In this document: positions 56,232-61,939 of the stretch, in pieces
Layout of the letters: each line of letters begins with the position of its first letter
How positions within the stretch are numbered: position 1 is the stretch's first letter
Virus record (IMG/VR): IMGVR_UViG_3300021475_000013
Span: 1-61,939 of that record
Length of the DNA: 61,939 nt
Source of the DNA: a virus
Taxonomy: Duplodnaviria > Caudoviricetes
Direction: 5' to 3' (one strand)
Notes under the pieces: generated by a model
What the model was told of the DNA's origin: nothing
What the model saw: only the letters and a program-made list of their open reading frames with translations
Database searches by the model: none
Made by a program: the position numbers and the translations under genes

Positions 56232-56690
56232 TTAATTAACAGTTTTAAGAGCCTCTATGACCTCTATGTCGACCAAGACATAAGGCTTTTCAGGCGTTGA
56301 ATAATTTGGAACGTTCTGGTTAAGATTAGTAAAGTATACACCACCAGGCGTTGACGTGTTTGGAATGATCGGTGAATTACCGAAGACATCTATGAACGCA
56401 AGCGATGTGTTTACAGCCAAATATGCTGTCTCAAGGTTGGCCATCTGAACGTCCCATGTCTGAGTCACTCCAAGCTTATAAGGAATCGAAGACGGATCCC
56501 ACGTGACGATGTGAAGCGTAAAATCGAAAGTCTTGATACCAGGTCCCCGATCGACCCAGTTCAATTCCACGATGTTCGCCGCCAGAGTAGCGGTGAATTG
56601 CCTCTGCCACTTTCGAACATACGTGCCCTGTTGCACTGCGTACCAGAATCCGTTTATTTTCACTACTGATGTTGGTGTTCCGTAACTCAT
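56232..56690 (-). CDS. Distal tail protein-like
   Basis: 152 aa directly after the tape measure gene. Confidence 0.6.
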   Translation of the reverse strand: MSYGTPTSVVKINGFWYAVQQGTYVRKWQRQFTATLAANIVELNWVDRGPGIKTFDFTLHIVTWDPSSIPYKLGVTQTWDVQMANLETAYLAVNTSLAFIDVFGNSPIIPNTSTPGGVYFTNLNQNVPNYSTPEKPYVLVDIEVIEALKTVN

Positions 56691-56694
56691 GTTT

Positions 56695-58137
56695 TTATAT
56701 TCCTCCAGGGGCTTGTCCCTGTTTCACACTCGTCGTACTGACAAGGTGTTCTGCCGCCGCCGATGTCGCGGCACTAGCCTTTGTCGACGATCCACCACCT
56801 ATGCTTATATTTACGGTCGTCGCATTATTACTGACGGCATTCGTCGAACTGGTGCTTGCATTACCATTCCCCGAATTCTGATTGTTACTACCGCCACCGA
56901 GCAGTTTCATGAAATCACCTATGATACCTCCCGTAGGTCCTAACACTTGGGATGCTCCGTTACCTATCTGTGCAAGAATTCCAGGTATAGCACTAGGTCC
57001 ACCTGAAAGAAGTTTATTTATAATCTCAACACCTCCAGTTATTGCGTCCAATATATTCTGAAATGTCGTTAGAGCGGCAGGAACGATAAACTTTTGAAGA
57101 GCGGCATTGAGCGTCTGCCATCCTTCGTTCAACAAATCCATAGTGGTCTGATTATCCTTAAACCATTGGCCGAGCGGTTCCAAAGCTTTTAATGCATCCT
57201 GTGCGGCCTTGTCAACATCAGCAAAAGCTTTTGAACCCTGATCCTGAAGAGTAGATATAGTATTTGCCTGAATTCCAAATTGAGTTCCAACCGCCTGAGC
57301 GGCAGGTCCCAATGCTTTTATTTTTGTCTGAATACCATCAAAATACTCTCCAAGTCCGCTATTCTTTACAATGGTAGTCGCGCTTCCGAACTCTGCATTA
57401 AATGAGTCAAAAGGATTTGCGGCCGCCGTAGCGGTCTTATTGAGAAGATCAAGTACTTCACTTGGGTTTGCTCCAGGTGTAGCAGACGCCTCTTGAACTT
57501 GAGCAATGGACTTAGATAGAGATTGCAGGTTTCTAAGTGCAGGTCCAGCATTAGTCAAAGCAGATACCAAATCCTGAATCGGTATTTTTCCATATGACGT
57601 TGATTCTCCAAGAGTAGCTATCGTATCTGATGCATCACCCGCCGCAACATTCCAAGATTGAAGAAGTGGAAGAACCTGACTGACTGCATCACCAAGACTT
57701 AGATGCTCAACGGTTGCGTACTGTGCTAGGTCATTCGTAACAGCCAGAGCATCATTGTAATTTTTGTAGACAGTAGAAACCTGACCGATTGCAGTAGCCA
57801 CGTCATTTGCTGACTGGCCAGTCGAAGCAGAAATATTATACGCCGCATCCGTCATTTTTCCACTCGTGCCCTGAAACGATGTAGCGGCATTCAAACTCGC
57901 ACCCTGAACCGCTTGCTGGAACGTAAGTGCTTGAGTTATCGCTTGCGCGAATCCAGCCGCGAATGTAGCTATGATCGCTGGATTCAAGCTCTTGGTAAGA
58001 ATCTGACTCCAATCGATCTGCTTCCTATTCATGCTCGCAACCAAACTCGCTGAAGAGTCTATGAAACTACGAATAGCGGCCGTGGCGGCCGCCGTGTCTG
58101 CAGTAACCAGAATTTGTAGAGTTTCTAGTGCGTTCAT
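56695..58137 (-). CDS. Tape measure protein (short)
   Basis: A/Q/T-rich helical 480 aa, LQILVTADT N-terminus; follows the frameshifted chaperones. Confidence 0.85.
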   Translation of the reverse strand: MNALETLQILVTADTAAATAAIRSFIDSSASLVASMNRKQIDWSQILTKSLNPAIIATFAAGFAQAITQALTFQQAVQGASLNAATSFQGTSGKMTDAAYNISASTGQSANDVATAIGQVSTVYKNYNDALAVTNDLAQYATVEHLSLGDAVSQVLPLLQSWNVAAGDASDTIATLGESTSYGKIPIQDLVSALTNAGPALRNLQSLSKSIAQVQEASATPGANPSEVLDLLNKTATAAANPFDSFNAEFGSATTIVKNSGLGEYFDGIQTKIKALGPAAQAVGTQFGIQANTISTLQDQGSKAFADVDKAAQDALKALEPLGQWFKDNQTTMDLLNEGWQTLNAALQKFIVPAALTTFQNILDAITGGVEIINKLLSGGPSAIPGILAQIGNGASQVLGPTGGIIGDFMKLLGGGSNNQNSGNGNASTSSTNAVSNNATTVNISIGGGSSTKASAATSAAAEHLVSTTSVKQGQAPGGI

Positions 58138-58418
58138 GGTTTTTTAGCCCTCTGTATGGTTTTTATTCCCGAAGCAAGATTGAACATCTTTATATCGTCT
58201 GCATCCATTCCTTCTTTGGTTTCAGATGACTTTTTATTCATCCTAGTCCACCCTTTTATATATTCCTGTATCTGAGGAATTGTCAGGTCTCTGACCTGAG
58301 CGGGTGTCCATCCAGTCTTTTCCGCAAACAATATAAAGAGATCTAACTCGTCGCTTTCTTTTCTATCACTTCCCGAATCTTGTTTACTGCTTCCATCCTC
58401 TTCGGGGAAATAAAACCC
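58134..58418 (-). CDS. Tail assembly chaperone GT (-1 frameshift extension)
   Basis: -1 frame entered at G GGT TTT; GWTPAQVRDLT motif. Confidence 0.8.
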   Translation of the reverse strand, partial: GFYFPEEDGSSKQDSGSDRKESDELDLFILFAEKTGWTPAQVRDLTIPQIQEYIKGWTRMNKKSSETKEGMDADDIKMFNLASGIKTIQRAKKP

Positions 58419-58693
58419 AGATTGGTAAGGCACTCGATGACATCAATATCGGCAGGCGTGTTTTCAATCACGCTCTGCTCAGTGATGCTCGCGTCCTTAT
58501 CTTTTAGAACTATATAGATGCAATACGCCGCCAACTTAATGTCTGCTGATGGGTCTTTTGCATCTCCAAGCTCTTTTGCTTTCTTTTGGTACTGAACCGC
58601 TTTATCTAGATTGGCCTTTCTGATCCGATATACCTGACCATTCCACGAGAAATCGAATTCACTATTTACCAATGTGTAGAGTGTTTCGCTCAT
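58343..58693 (-). CDS. Tail assembly chaperone G
   Basis: Between the tail tube and tape measure genes; contains the slippery heptamer. Confidence 0.8.
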   Translation of the reverse strand: MSETLYTLVNSEFDFSWNGQVYRIRKANLDKAVQYQKKAKELGDAKDPSADIKLAAYCIYIVLKDKDASITEQSVIENTPADIDVIECLTNLGFISPKRMEAVNKIREVIEKKATS

Positions 58694-58695
58694 AA

Positions 58696-59166
58696 TTAAG
58701 CAGTGTAGATGAGAGTAATATCCTTAGCTTCCAATTCGATATCCCATTCTGCATAATCTTCCATCTTCGCATTCATCTTGTAACTCTTGAACAATGCTCC
58801 AGAGAACTGATACTGATACTGGTTGTTATTCCTATCAAAGAATGTAAGAACTGGATTAACGAGAGTCGGCTGTCCATCGAGAGTATCGATTTCTTGCGGC
58901 GTGCCGATTGTCGAAGAACCGAGTGCAAGATCATATAGCTCAGGAGCAAAAGACTTTATCTTTCCAGTCATTGCAACTTTTTGCGATGCACGAGTGTAGT
59001 CCTGAGGCTTGATGGAATTGAGAACGTATAGAGGCAAGAGTGTGTACTCAACGTCTATCGTAATATTATCGACCTCAACTGCGCGACTACTACCAAAGTC
59101 AAGGGTACCCGAGTTGAACGTGATCCTCTGTTTGATGTTATTACCTGCTGATGTGAATCCTGACAT
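58696..59166 (-). CDS. Major tail tube protein
   Basis: 156 aa, beta-rich, in the canonical position before the chaperones. Confidence 0.8.
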   Translation of the reverse strand: MSGFTSAGNNIKQRITFNSGTLDFGSSRAVEVDNITIDVEYTLLPLYVLNSIKPQDYTRASQKVAMTGKIKSFAPELYDLALGSSTIGTPQEIDTLDGQPTLVNPVLTFFDRNNNQYQYQFSGALFKSYKMNAKMEDYAEWDIELEAKDITLIYTA

Positions 59167-59190
59167 AATAATTATTTATTAACTTATAAA

Positions 59191-59601
59191 TTATGGTTTC
59201 TGCGACCAGAATACGAATGTGGTCGCCCTGTGCCATATACGACGATCACCTTCGTATTGATCGACCGCCCCACCCAGTCTTTCCCAGAAAACCTTTGCAG
59301 TCCCCTGAGTCGGTGATGTGTAGTTGAGTAGAGGTACGATGATTTCGTATATCTGCTCTATCTCAAGCTGGGAATTTCTGCTCCAAATATCTATTTGAAC
59401 CGATGTATCCCTAGTATTTGAAGGCACTGATCTAGAAAATTCACTTACCACACGCAGGTTTATTTGCGGAAGAATGAGACCTGCTTGTGTCTCTGTAACA
59501 ATGTCAACAGGACCAACCAAAATGTTGGCCGTTGGCACGATTGCTGTAAGCGGTGCATTCGCCTTAAAAACTGCTATAAGGTTTTGTAAAATTTCTAACA
59601 T
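59191..59601 (-). CDS. Tail terminator/completion protein
   Basis: LPQI..VQIDIWS pattern and position. Confidence 0.75.
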   Translation of the reverse strand: MLEILQNLIAVFKANAPLTAIVPTANILVGPVDIVTETQAGLILPQINLRVVSEFSRSVPSNTRDTSVQIDIWSRNSQLEIEQIYEIIVPLLNYTSPTQGTAKVFWERLGGAVDQYEGDRRIWHRATTFVFWSQKP

Positions 59602-59635
59602 CTTAGTTTATTATATCCACTGAAACCCTGTTTTA

Positions 59636-60094
59636 TCATTTGATGCTCTTTTGAAGCTCCCTTTGCGCCCATTCCTTGTTTTCTGAGAGAGCCTGTCTCA
59701 TGAACGGCCTAGCCTGTATTTTAGACGTTCCATACTCAATATAAGCCGCATATTTATTGCCAGGGCCGTTAACATACACCCTGCCGATGACCTTTTTGAA
59801 TGACCTTGTTATCTCTTTTTTTATAGAAGATTGAAGGTCGCCCGTGTCGACAGGTACACCGAATGAAGCATTTGGATCCGATACCCTGTATCCCTTAGGG
59901 TCTCTACCCATGGCTTTTTGTTCAGTCTTACTGATCTTCGGTCTTCGCGCGCGAGCTGTGTTGTATATCACCTGCGTTATAGTACTCACCTTCTTAAGAA
60001 TCTGATCGTCAATTCGATTAATCTCCCTGACGAAATTTGAATTGAATCTCCTGACCGCATCTGGTGTTTTGAATGAAAATGTTGATTTCGCCAT
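59636..60094 (-). CDS. HK97 gp10-like neck protein
   Basis: PVDTGDLQSSI, YAAYIEYGTSK and ARPFMRQAL motifs; ATG 60094. Confidence 0.88.
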   Translation of the reverse strand: MAKSTFSFKTPDAVRRFNSNFVREINRIDDQILKKVSTITQVIYNTARARRPKISKTEQKAMGRDPKGYRVSDPNASFGVPVDTGDLQSSIKKEITRSFKKVIGRVYVNGPGNKYAAYIEYGTSKIQARPFMRQALSENKEWAQRELQKSIK

Positions 60095-60104
60095 TTGATT
60101 TATT

Positions 60105-60533
60105 CTAACGAGGCACCAATGCACAGTAACAATTCGGATGTAGTGGAATGATCGGTACGCCACCTTTCTGCAATTCTTTCTGTTTGAAAGTTTTACCCTT
60201 AAACGCTTTCACGCAATGCTCACACGCATTCGGTGAAAGTAATACTCGATACTCTGGTATTTCTAGAAACTCTCCCGCATCTATGACTTCCTGAGTCTCC
60301 ATGCCCTTAATCTCAGTATAGTACACTCTCTCTGCTTTGTATCTCTCGGAAAGTTTCGCATTGTGATCCTGAATATACTTGATCATACGGTTCGCACTAT
60401 ATCCTTTCTTCTGCAATCGACTGATTGTCTTTTGAATATCCAAAAGCTCTGCCATAGACAATTTATCTGATGACTTTATCAAGTATTCTTCTTCCGTAGC
60501 TTGTGCCAATTTCCAGTATTCTTTGAATTTCAT
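60105..60533 (-). CDS. Minimal MuF/SPP1 gp7-like head morphogenesis protein
   Basis: AERVYYTE, CEHC and IPLHPNCYC motifs. Confidence 0.75.
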   Translation of the reverse strand: MKFKEYWKLAQATEEEYLIKSSDKLSMAELLDIQKTISRLQKKGYSANRMIKYIQDHNAKLSERYKAERVYYTEIKGMETQEVIDAGEFLEIPEYRVLLSPNACEHCVKAFKGKTFKQKELQKGGVPIIPLHPNCYCALVPR

Positions 60534-60537
60534 TGCA

Positions 60538-61212
60538 TTAAGAAAAAGGGAAATAAATATTGTCTTTCAACACATCGTTCGCCCAGAAACGAATTACTCG
60601 GTATCCAAACCCCGAAAGGATCTCGTCTCTTGCTCTATCCTTTTCTCGACCAAAAGGAAAATTGTGCCAATATTCACCATCAACTTCGATTATTGCGTTG
60701 AACTTTGGTATGTAGAAATCAACCATGTAACCTTTGATATTTTTTTGAAACTCAAAGACGATTCCCCAGTCATTAAGAATAGACTTCATTTTCAACTCTG
60801 GTTTTGTATTAAAGACACGTTTCATTTTTCCTGATTGCATAGTCTCTATGATTTTCTTTGCCGCATCTGGTCTTTTTTTACCGAACCAAAAGTGTTTTTC
60901 ACCCCTTTGTGAACCCTTTTCTTTACGAGTCTTTGCTGAATTAGACGTGTATTTTTTTACTCTAGGATCATCTTTATGAAGTCCCTTATTCCAAGCTTTC
61001 TGACCCTTATGTGATTGCCTCATCTTTTCTATTGATTCTTTGGAATGTTTACTACCTCTCCATTTACTTGGTTCCCCTTTCTTAAACCCCCATGTCGCAC
61101 CTCTCAATTTAGACATTCTCTTTTCTCTGATTATCGGGTCTTTCCAAGAATCGGAAACTTTTTTCCTTTGTTCTAAACTTTTATTTTTTTCTATAACATC
61201 AGGTCTTGACAT
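60538..61212 (-). CDS. NUMOD3 + DUF559/Vsr-like homing endonuclease
   Basis: HSKESIEKMRQSHKG, AWNKG; TKPE..VDFYIP..IEVDGEYWH..GYRVIRFW. Confidence 0.9.
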   Translation of the reverse strand: MSRPDVIEKNKSLEQRKKVSDSWKDPIIREKRMSKLRGATWGFKKGEPSKWRGSKHSKESIEKMRQSHKGQKAWNKGLHKDDPRVKKYTSNSAKTRKEKGSQRGEKHFWFGKKRPDAAKKIIETMQSGKMKRVFNTKPELKMKSILNDWGIVFEFQKNIKGYMVDFYIPKFNAIIEVDGEYWHNFPFGREKDRARDEILSGFGYRVIRFWANDVLKDNIYFPFS

Positions 61213-61222
61213 ATATATTTTG

Positions 61223-61576
61223 TTAAGGCAATTCTACCACACATTCAAAATGATCTACTACGTTCGCCGCATTGTATCCAGGTACGATGCTCGTAACCAC
61301 ATACTCAATTCCATCGGGTGTGATGATACGATCTTCCGTTTGAAGCGCATATTGAGGTCCGTAATATACGATGCCTGATGGAAGCGGCCGCTCTGCCGTT
61401 TGTGCGAACTGAATCGCCTTTGACGAGAATGCGAGCTTGCATGGCATTCCTATGTATACCGCCGACCATCCCGCTCCCGATGTCGGTGCTCCGTACGTCG
61501 GATTTCCCAAAATGTCCGTACCTGTAGAAGAACGTCTCTCTACGTTTACTAAGATGTTAAAAAAATTGGGAGGCAT
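61223..61576 (-). CDS. Head closure (stopper) protein
   Basis: 117 aa; D..GNP...DRI...YVV..H pattern; follows the adaptor. Confidence 0.7.
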   Translation of the reverse strand: MPPNFFNILVNVERRSSTGTDILGNPTYGAPTSGAGWSAVYIGMPCKLAFSSKAIQFAQTAERPLPSGIVYYGPQYALQTEDRIITPDGIEYVVTSIVPGYNAANVVDHFECVVELP

Positions 61577-61577
61577 A

Positions 61578-61939
61578 TTAACTAATTATCGTCATCAGAT
61601 TATTCTGATATGGCTCAAGAAGTGAAAGAGCCATATCACGAAGCATGGTCTTATCTCCGTAGCTAACATTGAACGTCTGCATACCGAGGCTTTTAGCACC
61701 TGTCGGATTGCTTGCGCCTTGTCCAAGCGACTCAGCCGTTAGAAGCATAGTCGCTTGTTTTATGTCGAACGGAATCGTCTCATTAGAGGTCACTGCAATC
61801 GTGATTGTCCCGAGCGATAAATACATGTTGGTAAACGTCACAATGCCATTCGGATAGTCAATCGTATAGTTACTTGATGCGACTGCTACTCCGTTGTTGT
61901 ACACAGTTAATGGCTGGCTAGGCGCCCAAAGCTGATAAT
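61578..61939 (-). CDS. Head-tail connector/adaptor protein, 3' part (continuation of ORF starting at 734)
   Basis: In frame with 1-734 across the circular junction; IPFDIKQA..LL..SYG..LLEPY. Confidence 0.75.
   Translation of the reverse strand, partial: YQLWAPSQPLTVYNNGVAVASSNYTIDYPNGIVTFTNMYLSLGTITIAVTSNETIPFDIKQATMLLTAESLGQGASNPTGAKSLGMQTFNVSYGDKTMLRDMALSLLEPYQNNLMTIIS

Noticed and set aside
942-61212. Group I introns or inteins housing the endonucleases
   Set aside because: Flanking genes appear intact and uninterrupted; no intein motifs were noticed in TerL, DnaB, portal or RtcB.
61813-61939. 127-bp terminal repeat as a biological DTR or att site
   Set aside because: The length equals a common assembler k-mer and it falls mid-gene; it indicates circular assembly only.
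1-61939. Stop-codon reassignment
   Set aside because: Core genes are full length under the standard code, and TAA, TAG and TGA all terminate genes with tight coupling.
1-61939. Temperate lifestyle module
   Set aside because: No integrase, CI-like repressor or ParA recognised; the ParB domain is fused to a methyltransferase, a common arrangement near terminases.

Overview
The window is a complete, circularly permuted genome of a tailed dsDNA phage (Caudoviricetes, siphovirus-type tail genes). It is 61,812 bp long; the first 127 nt repeat exactly at 61813-61939, which is an assembly overlap. Nearly all genes are on the minus strand; the only convincing plus-strand genes are two HNH endonucleases. 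Order in the direction of transcription: replication/recombination genes (PD-(D/E)XK nuclease, SSB-like protein, clamp-like protein, replisome organizer, DnaB), adenine MTase, holin plus lytic transglycosylase, tRNA-Pro, RtcB, Fic, HAD, resolvase, ParB-MTase, TerS/TerL, a ~9 kb glycosylation cassette, portal, two fibre-like proteins, holin plus papain-like peptidase, metallophosphoesterase, a putative internal head protein, prohead protease-scaffold, major capsid protein, GT4, head-tail connectors, tail, tRNA-Met-like gene. I recognised no integrase, repressor, DNA polymerase or CRISPR array. Protein styles and the near-absence of Shine-Dalgarno sites suggest a Patescibacteria (CPR) host; this is inference. 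Most notable: (1) a head-module protein with a 13/15-identical copy of the capsid N-terminal arm in which every codon differs; (2) a putative virion-glycosylation pathway with a plant-type RGP/UDP-arabinopyranose mutase (GT75) homolog; (3) a ~190-nt tRNA-like RNA with large insertions, a second highly structured RNA and atypical tRNAs, alongside RtcB. All calls come from reading motifs by eye; no database searches were run.
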